64,000 nt of DNA. Source: Styela clava (taxonomy: Eukaryota). The translations under genes and the position numbers were made by a program. This document shows, piece after piece, positions 21,960-35,580 of this stretch. Numbering within the stretch: position 1 is the first letter of the stretch; each line of letters opens with the position of its first letter. The notes below the pieces were generated by a model. The model was not told the origin of the DNA. It searched no databases and was given only the letters and a program-made list of their open reading frames with translations. The stretch covers positions 15,128,001 to 15,192,000 of the forward strand of contig NC_135262.1 in the NCBI RefSeq assembly GCF_964204865.1. The letters run 5' to 3'.

Positions 21960-23300
21960 TAAATATGGCCCAAATATTTTAATCTCCTTTTTTGGACTTT
22001 AATACCTTTGTATTCTGGGACCCTATTCCGGTCTATTGCACTTCCGCACAATAAAAGTTTACACTTTTGTTTGTTAATTCTTATTCCTGTCCCCACTTCA
22101 AAGCGTTCTAACGATGTAGGATTTTCATCAATAGAGGCCAAATTTATTACTGTCAAAGTTGTGTTCTATGCGTAACCTTCATAAATCTCAATATCCTCAC
22201 TACGATTCTGTATTCCTAAAATATTTTTATTAGATCCAATATTGGTTGCTAAAAGCTCAGCTTTGAACAGATGTAAATATGTTGTAATGGACATATTTGT
22301 CTCACTCCCCTTGTTAACAGAAGCTCCTTTAATAAGTATCCATTCGTGATAATTTTTGAATGGGTGGCAAAGTTTGAATCTGTTTTAAAATATATTTGCC
22401 GAAGCCTAATTTTTGCAAAAGCAGAATCACTACTTCGCGATCGACAGTGTTATACGCTTCCTCTTGGTAAATTGAAAATATAAGAAAAGGAATGTTTTGT
22501 TGGTTGGCCCAAAAAGACGTAATCTCGAAAACCTAATAAACTTTCATGAATTACCCTTTCAAAAATAAATTCAGTTTGGGCTTGCCCTATTAGTAGTTCA
22601 GGTAATACATTTCTCAACCTATTTGCTATAATATAATAATTTTGCTATAAGTTTATATACAAAGTTCAACAAGCAAGCCAGTTTATTAGCTCATTATTGT
22701 CTCCACTTTCATATAATGGAGATATGGCATCTAATACTTAACCACGTGGCATTTACCTGTATCACGAAAGCTTTATAAAGAATAAGTTGAATTGGTTTAA
22801 GTAACTTTCAAAACTTTTAATTTAAAAATGAATTTCTATTAGAGAGTAAACCAAAGTACCATTTTGCTTTCTCAGAACTGTAAACATACGTGCCTTTTCG
22901 TTTGACTTTTCTAATTTAGAATGCACTTGGTTGATTTTGCACCTTCTTCTGCCAACGATATTCGCGACCTTATAATTGTGCTATTGGATTTAGTTCTATA
23001 ATGCTTTTAAGTTTGTTTCTTTAGATCCGGTACCTTTATCTTCAACCTGCCCTACATTTTATTGTATGCTACCCTTTATTTGGTTAACAGTTCATGCTCT
23101 AGTTCATTATTCTATTGGCGCCTCACTTTTGAACAGTGAATTTCCCGTGTTTTATTTTTATTTTTACAAAGATCCTGATAGGAGACTCTTTCTTATATAG
23201 TATTTTCCATTCAAATGCCACTTCTTTAAAATTGCTATAATCCTTTGAAAAATTTGTCAAGTTTGTTTAGTTCAAAAATATACTTTTTTCAATAACCAAG
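21960..23300 (-). mobile_element. highly decayed L1/Tx1-like LINE ORF2 remnant
   Basis: Broken reading frames give LLNFVYKLIAK..ANRLRNVLPELL, EAYNTVDR, GVRQICPL and LKYLG, in RT domain order. Confidence 0.55.
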
Positions 23301-23959
23301 GCCATGTTGCATGTTAGTTAAGGCAATGAGCATATATAGAATGAGTGGAAACTTCCAAATATTTGCTCATTAATCCATTGTGACCTGCATTTTTTACGTC
23401 GTCCAGCTAAATGGTTCGTTGCATATGGAGAAAGTATATCGCTCGCTGCAATATTCCCTTGCTTCGGCCGCGCCAGTTGCGAAATTGGCCGTATTGAGGC
23501 TTTTAATTTTTCGATTCGTGTTCGGTTTTGGGTTTCGAAGTATGGTACGTTAAAAAGCATACTAAGTATAAGCATATGCTTATTGGGAATGCATATCTAT
23601 TAGGTATAGCACAGAATATGAAGTCAAGTGCGGTTATTTCTGATTATAGCATGGGATTTTGGTACATGTTTATCCATGGGAAAGGAAAGTGATGAGAAGT
23701 CCCAAATATATGGCGAACCACAGCTTCTCGCAATCATAGTTTATAAGGCGCTCCATACGAAGCCCCAGGGCTCTCCGATTTCAAATCACTCTGGCAGTCT
23801 GGGATATCTTGACAATAAAAACGAAGACAAAAATTAGAAGAATAGCAGGGAATCGCCTTATCGGCTTTCCTCTCCACATGAGTGAATATGTTAACCCCAT
23901 CCTATATCAATGAATACAAAGCCCCACGTCCCCCTTTACATGGGTCGTAACTCGTAACG

Positions 23960-24116
23960 AGTGGGGGAAATCAAATTTTTTGTCAGCTGGTTCCATCACA
24001 AAAGTCATAGTTTTCGGCCGGTTCTGTTACATGTCTTTTTAGTAATGCTGACCGATTCGCTGATCTCATTAAATTTCGTGAGACGGTTCTATAGATCGGG
24101 CTAAATCCCACCACTG
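23960..24116. mobile_element. hAT-type MITE (same family as 32588-32767), next to degenerate SINE fragments at 23675-23905
   Basis: Right end AATCCCACCACTG; the body is collinear with 32588-32767. Confidence 0.7.
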
Positions 24117-25350
24117 GTCTTATCCATCCCCGTGGTTTGAGAAAAAAATTGCGAATTTTTTATTTTGTGTTATTTTTGCGCCATCATATTTTTCAATTTC
24201 TAATTTTGCGTAAATCGCGTCAACATCGTTTTTGTAAATTGAGAAACGTTGAAGCAGATAAGCAAGGCATGTGAATAATGTAGGCTATTCTATGCAAATT
24301 TTCCGAGATATTGCCAAGAAATAATAGTTTGACCACGTAGAAATGCCATTATTGCTGATTTATTCACGTGTTAAGTATCAGTGTTTTAAGCATCAGTATC
24401 TGCACAGACATGCTCATTAAAATAAATGTGTTACTTAATTTTATTGAAGGCACACAGTGTTAAAGAAGTATGGTAAAATTGCCTAACTTCGAGCAAATGA
24501 CCTTATTCTGTTATAACTGTATCAATACTGTAATACATTTACAGACTCATGTCAGTATGTGGTATTTCTACTAGTTCTGTGTATGTTAAAACAATTTTAC
24601 CATTACTGTGTACTGTATTATAAGGACAGGATTCACAATCTTGCCTTCGATCGATTTGCACATACTAACATAACACAGTATTAGCATTTGCAAAGTTAAA
24701 CCGTATGATTTTCATCCTGTTCAAAATTTTGTCAGACAAGGATACCGGTATGCCAATTTTAGTTTTTGTCCGAAGCAGGCAAATCTGGTGAATGAAATTC
24801 ATTTCACTACCACTACCAGGAATTCTAACATTTGATTCGGTATATTCCAGTGAAAAAAACACTGGTCTACAAGACATACCGGTACCCTACCACAGTCTAC
24901 AAATATACTGACACCAAGCAAGCAGCCCATGCTTTCAAAAAACAATGACCGTACCGTAACTAAATACTCCCATACCGGTACCCGACATGGAATGGTAGGT
25001 GACCGGATGAGTAATATAATATAACACCAAGTACGGAACTATTCGCCATTCACTATTCCTCAAATCTTAGCAAAGCAGGGATTCCATTACGAACCACCGA
25101 CGTTCGATGGCACGTGATCAGAAGAACAGAAGCGTCCACAGAACGTTCGGTGACGTCATAGCAAACAAAAACAAATCTCACAGAGAAAACAGAAAAATTT
25201 GAAATAAATAAAAGTAATAGCCTTCTGGAGAAAAATTTCATCTTTAACCACTAAAAATTTCAAAGCAATTGGTCCAGTAATCAAACAGAAAGGCGACTTT
25301 TTAGATTTTCCACTAGGTGTCCAAAAAGTGTCAAAGAACAACAACAACAA

Positions 25351-26785
25351 CAACAAGAGAGCTATGCTCAAATATATGGACACGTAGAGTCACATAATTT
25401 TGATGACGTCATAGCGAAAAAAGAAGTGATAGCCTTCTGGAGAAAATTTTTATCTTTAACCACTAAAAATTTCAAAGCAATTGGTCCAGTATTCGAAGAG
25501 AAAAGCGACTTTTTAAAAACGTGTCGAGCGGTACTGAGTTAGCAGTCAGGCAGCATCTTACCTGTACACTGTAGGCCATATACGGTAATTGATCACAGAA
25601 CAGTTGTTCTCTTGCAAATTTTATGTTGTTTACACTTTAGGACAGATAATTGATCACAGAACAATTCTTCCCTTTCAAATTTTATGTTGTTTCCAGTAGA
25701 CTCTCATCAAAATAAACAAATATAGTAGGCTACAAGTGCTACAACGCTTGCATTACTGCACTGGTAGGACCGTGAAAGAATAAGTTACGGTAATTTCATT
25801 GTGGTAAGACACCGGTACCGGCACCAGTACCAGTATCGTACTTACGTACTGAGCTACCAGTACCGGTTAGCAGTCAGCCAGCATCTTACCTGTACACTGT
25901 AGGCCATATACGGTAATTGATCACAGAACAGTTGTTCCCTTGCAAATTTTATGTTATTTACACTTTAGGACAGATAATTGATCACAGAACAATTCTTCCC
26001 TTTCAAATTTTATGTTGTTTCCAGTAGACTCTCATCAAAATAAACAAATATAGTAGGCTACAAGTGCTACAACGCTTGCATTACTGCACTGGTAGGACCG
26101 TGAAAGAATAAGTTACGGTAATTTCATTGTGGTAAGACACCGGTACCGGCACCAGTACCAGTATCGTACTTACGTACTGAGCTACCAGTACCGGTACCGA
26201 ACCTGTAGGTCTGATATTCCGTTCCGCATACGATAGGCTATAAAACTTGCATTGCAGCATTAGTAATACCGCGGAAGGAATAAGTCAATTTCACTGCGTT
26301 ACGGCACCGGTATGGCAACTTACCAGTACCGACCTACAGTAGCTGTAGTACTGAGCAAGACAATCGATCGCGAAACCGCTTGAAATAAGTGTAAAACAGT
26401 GTTCCCATGAGTAAAAATAAATACCGCGAAATTTTGTATGAAATATCATATCTCATAGGATTCATATAAAATTTAAGAATAAACAAAAGTAATAGCCTTC
26501 TAGCGAAAAAATTAATCTTCAACCACTGAAAATTTCAAAGCAATTGGTCCAGTATTCGAAGAGAAAAGCGACTTTTTAAAAACGTGTCAAAGAACAAGAA
26601 CAACAACAAGAACAAGAACAAGAACAACAACAACATAATATTGAAACGATCGTTATGTCCACTACGTGTCCAACAACATAATATTGAAACGATCGTTATG
26701 TCCACTACCGTGTCCAATAACATGATAAAGAACAACAACAACATATTAACAAAACTATCAATAGGTCCACTACGTGTCTAATAAT
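25351..26785. mobile_element. HINE/DINE-1-like non-autonomous Helentron-associated element
   Basis: 11-bp subterminal inverted repeats TGGACACGTAG (25377-25387) / CTACGTGTCCA (26662-26672, variant at 26770-26780). Terminal hairpin GAGC-TAT-GCTC (25359-25369), (AAC/AAG)n microsatellite and internal tandem repeats. A partial upstream copy is at 25150-25350. Confidence 0.55.
25538..26193 (+). repeat. 328-bp near-identical tandem duplication (2 units)
   Basis: Units begin GTTAGCAGTCAG at 25538 and 25866. Each contains an internal ~63-bp duplication. Confidence 0.93.
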
Positions 26786-27920
26786 GAGTATCAAAATAAA
26801 TATGCCGCACATTCGTGTTTTAGGCCAGTATGGTATTGTGCATACATCCCGTCTTCAGTATTTATAATTACTAATTCATTTATATTGCTTTTACGAGACG
26901 AATAAACATACATACAAATCAGTTAAATGTTCAAACCAGTGACTATGTCTTGAGCATCGGTCTTTTCTGATACAATAACCAATCAGCAATAAGTCAATAA
27001 TGACACAATATTTGCAATTGTGGAACCGCTCATGCGGATATCCAAGCATAAGTGCAACCCAAACATTGTTGTTTTTAGTTATGTTTCCAAAAATTAGTTC
27101 CATGAAAGAACTAAATTATCAATATGTTTTTCGAGGTGCTTTAGTAAAATTTGGTCTCGAAAGAGCTACGATAGACTAAGCTAAAAATAACCATCAATAC
27201 CTGTGGGCGAGCAGCACATGGTTGAATACGTTTTATTTTACAAAAAAAAAAAAAACGATGGTGTGAACCGATAAATGAGACAGATTAAGGATCCAACGCA
27301 GAATGACAATATACCTTATTATTTATCGAAATTTGTGAAATACATTCAAAAGCATTTTTTTGAATACATAAAATGTACATAAATGCTTTTAGTACGCAGG
27401 ATTAGCAAATGTCGTAAAGAAAGTCACTCGAAAGTTACTCTTTTACAAAATTCTTTAATATCGATTGCTCGTAATATGACAATTACAAATTTTGGATCTT
27501 TATACATTTTATATGCACTTATAGATTTAGAATGAATTTGATTCATTTGACATAAAAATGTGATTAAACATTTTGTGGCACGGCATTTACTGATGAACGA
27601 CAATTATTCACCCAATTATCAATATTTTTAATTGAGATTGATTATCAAATAAGAACCTTATGGATAAGGTAGTACAAGTGGCCACTTGAATTATTAATTT
27701 CTAATTACTCCATTTGATATTACGCAAAATTGAGCGTACGATTGGTATACTTACGAATGAAAAATCACAGTAGTCTTCGGGCCTACAAGTGCTTAACAAT
27801 TTGTGTTCAAATTTGACATAGCTTTCAATAGTATTGACAAAATGTTCTATATTTTCATTAGTCGACTATCAAATGATCTTCTGCATAATTATGGTTGAGT
27901 ACCATCAATTAGAATCGGAG

Positions 27921-27926
27921 TATAAA
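27921..27926 (+). promoter_or_regulatory. candidate TATA box of GPCR copy 1
   Basis: TATAAA ~30 bp before TCAGA. Downstream donor-like sites at 27986 and 27998 would define a short non-coding first exon. Confidence 0.35.
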
Positions 27927-28744
27927 ACATAGGGACAGTTTTCAAAGAAAAATCAGAAGATATAATTCGAATCATAGAACTACTAGTAAGAACAAAGGTA
28001 TGGCTAAATTAGGTTCAGCGAAAAAATAGTAAATCTCCGAACTAGCTTGAGATTTTATATGAGAATCGTATACGAGTGCTTATTAAATCTACCGAAAATA
28101 TGCTCATTGCTCACTTTGTAAAATGATTTTTACAAACTTAATAATAAAGAATACACATGAATACTTATATGGATTCTTTTCAATTTGATTATTGCTTCGG
28201 TTTTCACTCTATAAAACGATACGACTTATTTCCAATTCAAATATTCAACAAATTTACAATGCGCAACCGTTAAAAAGCCAATTCGTTAATTTTGTCGGTT
28301 TTTACTTTTCTATTATACGATAGGACCTATTATACGATCCGACTTATTTTCAATCCTAATATTAAACAAATTTACAAATCCTCCGAAAAAGCGTTTCAGG
28401 TATTATAGAAACATCGCAGAAATATTGCTATTTTGAATAAATCTTGTGGAATACTAACACACCGTAGATGAGAGCAGAGAATCCCGTATTGATGAAAATT
28501 CTTGCCCCTACTCCGACTTTCGCACACATGAAATCTCGAATTCTATACTATATAGTTCAGAATATTGCTCCAGTTTATGCGTCAACTTCAATAACGATTT
28601 TAAACTAAAATATAGTAAATTTAACTGATAAGCGTTTAATACATTTTCACCTAATACGTTTAAAAACGAAATTTAGAAAATTGTGTAATTTGATGCGAAA
28701 ATTATTGCACTAAGTTCCGCACTAGTTTTTAAGTCTTCAGAAAA

Positions 28745-31586
28745 ATGACGGAATTAGTCACAATAGCACACTTGAACACAAATATCACGTAAGTATTATT
28801 TATTTTACAATGATTAATTATGAAATGATTATTAAACCAAGAATATAATCAATGAAATTCAAATTAATTCAAAGAATCTGAATATAAATAGAACAATTGA
28901 ACACGTGAAATATTATAGATTGAGAAATAATACTAAAAGTCATTTTTATAAGATACCGGTAAGTGATTTTGGCCAAAGGAATTTATGTGCATCGCGGAAT
29001 GTAAAAGCTGTCCCGCGTGACTTATGTAATGTATTTCTGTCGAACAATATTTTAATATTTTCGTCAGTGTAGTAAGCTAATCTGACTTTTATGTTTTCAG
29101 AGACCGAATTAGACCATTCAGCAAAAATGGAGCAATTGCTGCTGCTATATTCATTTTACCAATGGCATTGTTTGGTATTTTTGCAAACGTTGTTACCATT
29201 ATCGTCATCGTAAGATCGAATAAACTCTCCAAGTAAGACTTATCTTGCTCATTCGTTATTAAAAAAATGTTGTGAATAGGAACTATGATGATACATAATA
29301 TCGTGATTTATATTTTTTAGATCGGTATTTAATTTCATGATCGTCAGTCTCTGCGTTTCTGATTTATTCTCTGCAATCATCAGCCCTTTGTCTCTTCATC
29401 GACGTACATTGGGATATGACGACTGGATGATGCCGGAATTTTTTTGCAAGGTGCACATCGCTGTAAATTTGAAATGATTATCAATTTTCTTCGTGCTCCA
29501 TAATTGTATTTTCATGAATATTTTCTTTTGTAATTTTTAAGGTATTTTGGTCTTTTGATAATTGGACATCGATCGTAACATCATTCCATATTTTGCTGTT
29601 CTCTGGCGTAAGGATGTTTTCCATAAGCGCTCCAACATATTATCAAAGAATGACTCTTTACCACGTGAAAGTAAGTAACATACATTTTTTGGCTTCGAGC
29701 CAAATATACATAGAATTTCAAACACTTACTGCAGCTTCTAGTTTTTCCATTTTTTCGTTATAGATCATGGTCTGTATTACATGGTTTATAGCTTTCGGAT
29801 CTGGATTCATTCCATATTGGTTATGGTTTGGACTCAAAGATGAGGATCGATCCGAAGGAATAGGTTCAAACTGGCCTGACTGTACGTTGAAATACCAATG
29901 GTATGTTACTCCAATTATATCTTTGAGCATGAGATAATCTGAGTGCTGTTGTGGCCTTATTTTATTGTGTATGTTGTTCACTTAAATAATTTACTATTCC
30001 AGGCTGCAAAGTTTCAAGCTGTATACCAAAGTAGCTTACGGTATATTTTTCTACATGCCCATGATTGTTGTTTCAATTATATCTCCGATAATAGCCAAAC
30101 TTATTTTGAAGAAAAGAAAAGAAAGGATCCAGAGGAAAAACAATGAAGGTAGGCTTACAAGTTGTGAGAAATAATTTTGGTCCAAAGTTTGTTGTAGAAG
30201 AATGAGATTTGTTGATTTATTAAAATATCTAGAAAATATAAAGGTTTACTGTATTAAATTTGATCACTGATTGTTTTATTCCTCATTTAAATATAATCTA
30301 ACGCTTTGTATATTACTTCACAAAGCACTCAATTTTAATGTTATTCCCGTTTCAATCTCATAATACTGAAATACTGTTTAAACTGTACCTTAACTTAAAA
30401 AAGATATTCGCTCATAGCAGACATAAAACGCAGGGTGAGCAAATGAAACAATTATGGATTCAAAAATCTTGCATAAAAACGGTAATCTTCTATTTGATTA
30501 CATTTAGTGATAAAACAACATCCAATTACTAAATGTACGAGAACTTACTATAACCTATCAATGAAAATCATTTTCAACTCCATAAATCACCTAAACATCC
30601 GGGAGTTTGGTAGCAGTGGTCGTCACACTAAATTCTCATCATGCTATCAATTTTAACGGCGACAATTGTAGTTTCAGCAGCAACTGGACAAAATACTTTG
30701 AGTGATTTTGAACGAAAACATCAGCGAAGAGAAAATAGTGCTATTTTACAACTCTTCGTAATTGTTGGATCTTTTATGCTGGGATACGTGCCGAGTTCGG
30801 GTTTGTAACATTTTAACATGACATAGAATAAATAATTATGGTTGCAAGAATTACTTATTAAAAACCTAAGCTTTTTATTTCTTGCACGGATTACAGTTGG
30901 GCTTATTTGTGCATTCATTTGCAGCATATTTTTTGTACTCTCTGGCTGTGCCTCAGACCACATTAGCGGAAGAAATTACTCACTGGAACTTTGGAATGAT
31001 ATCCTACATTCTTCTCCGAGTGTCGGAATGTGTCAACCCAATATTCTACAATATTGCATCAAGGTATATTGAATAAGAAACTTACATTTTAAAAAATGAG
31101 CCCCTCGTAAACGAATACCCAATTTATTGGGCACGAAGTATACCTAGGACCGTTTTGTCAAATTTTTGTTGTTGATGGAATTTTTTTTTTCGTTATTGTT
31201 TTTGTGAAAAATCGTTTTTCTCTTCAATTACTGAGCCTATTGCTTTTCTGGACCAATTCGGGGGTGAAAGATTGTTGGTGTCACTAGAAAGCTAATTTTT
31301 TGCATGACCACACCGTTTTCATTCCTTCGTTTTGATTTTGCGAACAGCTTTATATTCCAATTCCAACATATTTTTGCATTATAATGTACACTAAAATAAG
31401 TGTTACTACAATAAATACTTTTTTATTTGAAAATTTAGCAAAATGCGGAAAGAAACAATACTATTCTTCAAAAGTGTACTGCTAAAGTGTTGTCCGTCCC
31501 GGTACTCCGAAACCATCGTGAGTGAGGTTCCGACCAGCGCAACAGGTTATACATCACGGGATGGTAACCAGAAAATTGATCTATAG
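28745..31586 (+). CDS. class A (rhodopsin-like) orphan GPCR, copy 1, 375 aa, 9 coding exons
   Basis: Exons 28745-28788, 29101-29232, 29321-29450, 29542-29670, 29764-29900, 30003-30148, 30678-30800, 30925-31063, 31439-31586 join in frame (1128 nt) with GT-AG introns. Motifs GIFAN, LCVSDL, FFCK, WPDC, FYMP, GYVP, NPIFY, helix 8 plus CC. Confidence 0.9.
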
Positions 31587-31998
31587 ATTGCACATGGTGG
31601 AGTTTGTTCTTATCATTCAGAAATAAATCAGAGTTATTTACGTGTTCTACAGCAGGTCGAATTTCGGAATAGGTCCAACTCGACAAATAATTTATGAGAT
31701 AACATCTGAGAATATAATTTATTTATGGCATTGTATTTAATTAGATTTATAAACAAAACCTGATTTAAAAATTCATGTTCTCAACTGCCAGTGAAGCAGT
31801 ATTCGATTTACAAATCCGGCTGTGTCCAACAATGAGTGGGATAGTTAAAGTACGGTACTCCGGAAAATAAACAGTTTGTTGTACTAACGTGTGTTTAGCT
31901 GTATTTTACCGTTTTTTCATTTATTCTATAGATGTGACAATGTATGGAAAAATTTGACAAAAGGGAAGCAGAATTCAAAATATTTTTGTTATTGATGT

Positions 31999-32322
31999 AA
32001 TAAACGATTGCGTAATTATTGCTATGCTCTTTCCAATTCATTAATAAACTGACAGGTATACTGTAAATGTGCCATTACTATATATAACATATACTCTCAG
32101 ACTTTCGAGTATTGGAATTTATAATCCACGTTGTGATTTATCTTTCCGGCTGTGATTTCCAATAAACGATTGCGTAATTATTGCTATGCTCTTTCCAATT
32201 CATTAATAAACTGACAGGTATACTGTAAATGTGCCCATTACTATATATAAAATATACTATCAGACTTTCGAGTATTGGAATTTATAATCCACGTTGTGAT
32301 TTATCTTTCCGGCTGTGATTTC
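31999..32322 (+). repeat. 162-bp tandem duplication containing AATAAA signals
   Basis: Units start AATAAACGATTGCG at 31999 and 32161. Confidence 0.92.
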
Positions 32323-32587
32323 ATTTCCATTGTTTGACGATCTTCCAAAACAACTCAGGTTCTTTCGACTGATTCAACTTAGACGAATTAAGAGTAGCAA
32401 TAACAGTGACAAGCCGGTAAGCGGCCAGGATCTCCGCTGATACCTAGGCCCGCGGCATACAGTATATCGCGAGGATCCAATTCATTATCCAGCGTTTAGG
32501 TGAACCACCCACTAACAGCGAGAAGTACATCAAATCCCAAGCAAATAACACTTCCGTATATCAAGAATACCTGCAACAGCTGCTATC

Positions 32588-32767
32588 CAGTGGTGAGATT
32601 CAAATTTCTTGTCAGCCGGTTCCTTCACAAAAGTCATATTTTTCAGTCGGTTCTGTTACAAACAGAACATTGACAGTAACCAGTAATGGCAACCGGTTCG
32701 CTGATCTCATAAAATTCTGCAAGACGGTTTTATAGAACCGGTGCGAACCGGCTGAATCCCACCGCGG
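32588..32767. mobile_element. hAT-type MITE
   Basis: CAGTGGTGAGATT...AATCCCACCGCGG with 8-bp TSD CTGCTATC/CTCCTATC. Confidence 0.75.
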
Positions 32768-33001
32768 CTCCTATCCAATCCTCCCTAAATACTTGATGTG
32801 CGATCTGAACTGGCAACTCTCCGTAAATGTTTTGACGGGCAACTTCTTGAAGTTACTGAATAATGTCGGATTACACCCCAGCAATCTTTCACCATCCAAG
32901 AAAAATTGTTGACCTTTAACGACAGCGTGCCGCAGTGTCCTCTAACGACATGCAATAACCAGTTACCAGTCCCGCACTCAAGCAACCGGTTACCGCCGGT
33001 T

Positions 33002-33344
33002 TGGCTCGGCGGTGTGGCTCAACGGGCTAAGCGTTAGGAATACGCTCGCCACCGCACTTCTAATTACCCTGCGTGGGTTCGCAGTTTCGAATCCCATGCA
33101 GGGATGGTTGTGTGCGAGAGGATTGCTGGACTCCTCGCCGTCGTTGGGTGGTTCACGTAACCGCTGGTCGGTTAGGGCTTCCTCCACCACCAAGTCCATG
33201 CTTCCGAAAACAAATAATATTACCTGATCCCATACCCGACTTGAAATGGTAACCGGACGAGAGGCCGTGGTTCGCCATATGGATAAGCCGTCCTATCGGC
33301 TTTACTCTCCCCCGGGATAAATATGTAAATCTTATCCTATCCTA
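33002..33344 (+). mobile_element. full-length tRNA-derived SINE
   Basis: A box TGGCTCAACGGG, B box GTTTCGAATCCC and (ATCCT)n tail. Multiple copies in the window. Confidence 0.9.
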
Positions 33345-35580
33345 CCATGCGATTAAGAAAAAGAGCTGGTTACCAAAAATGCTAGTTCATTTAGACTCGT
33401 TCCGTTAGCGTGTTCCGTTGAGTTCATTTCAAACGCTGCGCGTTCCGTTGACATACTCGCTTGACTGATATACTATGACTGAAAATAAGGAAAATAATGT
33501 TCACTAAAATCCCTAAGGCTTCTCCAGTTTATGGAGTATCGAGACCAAAGACAACTTATTGGAAAGAGTACTTTGCCATGCGGAAGGTAGCGCTCTTGGA
33601 ATTTTAATTTTCGACTTGGTTGGCGAGCAAACCGCGATAAATTGTGAAAAAAATAGAAATTTCAAAACGATAGCTTTTCATGTGCGATATAGAGATAGTA
33701 ATAAGACTTTTGCTGGCCTAATACAGATCGCAGAATAACAAATTATAGTGACATTTTTTATGCAGTACAATGTAACGCAAGAAAAAGTATTAGCGATCGA
33801 AACTAAAATGCCAAAAGCCCGCAAAACGAGAACATTTTAGATGAGCGTTGGAAGCACTTTCTTCAAGAAGCATTTGTGTCCATTGAATCAGCTTTGCAAA
33901 ATTGTTGTTATTTTCGAAGAGAAAATCGTAGTCAAGAAAAAATCCTTATTTTTCTGCTACTAATGGACCAATACTTTTTAATTTTTCAACACTCAATTAT
34001 GGGAGAAGTCGCTAGAAGGCTATCATTTTTATGTTCTTCATATTTTTGAAATTTAATCTGAATCCGATATTTCATAATCAATTTTGCTGCTTTATTCAAA
34101 CAAAATCTCAGTGCGCTGAGTCCTTACGCAAGTCATCATTATGCAAATGAAAAAGGCCCGTAAATGGTTTCGTTAAAATTTCTCAAAATTAGGCTTACCA
34201 TATATATATATGTGAAACAAAAAAAACCGGACAGTGTGAAATAGACAACTCACATGTATATCAGTAATATTCGAATCATTGGGAAACGTGCATTTTTTTT
34301 CTGCATATTGAATAAGTTAGGACAGTACAGATAACGTATGATGGTAAATTTACGTATATATTAAATCATATAATAATTATGATGGTAATTTAATCTCTCT
34401 CTCACCGAACAGTCAGTGCAAACGGGCTGCCTCCGTTAAAAAAATTTGCATTTATAGTAAATAAAAAAGTGTATATGACTGTCAAACTGCATGACGGGGA
34501 AAATCAAGTCTAGCGGGCGGGACAACTTGTCGAAATCGGGAATGTCCCGGTTAAACCGTGACGTATTGTAAACCTATAGATAAAATACAAATTTTTCGGT
34601 AAATTTAATTGTTGCTTGCATATAAGCGAAATATAATAATATGATGTCACGTCGGCCCACGTTTATGATGCATTCTTTGCATGCGGAAGTGTGGGAGTTG
34701 AAGGAATATGACTGTTTGTTATTAAGTGATAGACTCAATTGTAGGTTCCTGTAGATGTGTAGGTTCCAAGCACCAGTGAAAATTTGCTGCTCAAGCTGTA
34801 TATATTTGAAAGGAAACTACTTCGATGTAAGAAAATTTCTCCGAGACGTCGATAATGAGATGCCAAATAGACGTAAGGGGTGATGGGATGCAAAGTAGCG
34901 ACACTAACCTCTAAAGCTGGTTAGGTGTGTGTGTATGAGTGTGAGTGTTGAGAGTAAGATGTTATCGAGTTCATAACTCTAGGTTAGATGGTAACCGCGA
35001 CCATCCTGAGCACAAAATCAACTGTTGTCAACAGCTTTCAGCGCATTTTATGGAATAATCATTATTTAATATTTGGATGAATCGTTTTGGTATTATTATA
35101 ATTAGACACAAAATGAACCCATGATTCGTTTTGTTAATATGTTGTTGTTAATCCTCTTCTTCCTGTTAGGAAAAAAGGTTCTTTAATTTTCTAGGAATCG
35201 TATGAGATCTTATTCATGGATACACCAGTCTAAGAACTAAAAAAAAAAAATACTGCATAATGATCAACAACAACAAAATAACAAAACGATCCATAATTCC
35301 ATTTCGTGTCCAATAAGTCATCTCATTCAGCAAACTTCGAAATATCTGATAATATACCGCTTATCAGATATGAGAGTGAGTAAAAGAGTGCGGTAGATAT
35401 AGTTTAGCTCACGTAACAGGTAGATGTTGTACAAAGACAAAAACAAGGTTCAGTTGTATAGAAACTCAATTGTGTTCAGATGAACATCGATGAAGCCGTA
35501 GTTAATGTTCAACATATACATGGGAATGGGTACAGGGTCATTATTTTATTTTACGTTATGGCTATGTTGTGTTTTATGAA

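Noticed and set aside
33002-33105. tRNA gene
   Set aside because: It has A and B boxes but no convincing cloverleaf, continues into a 240-bp body with an (ATCCT)n tail and occurs in several copies, so it is a SINE head.
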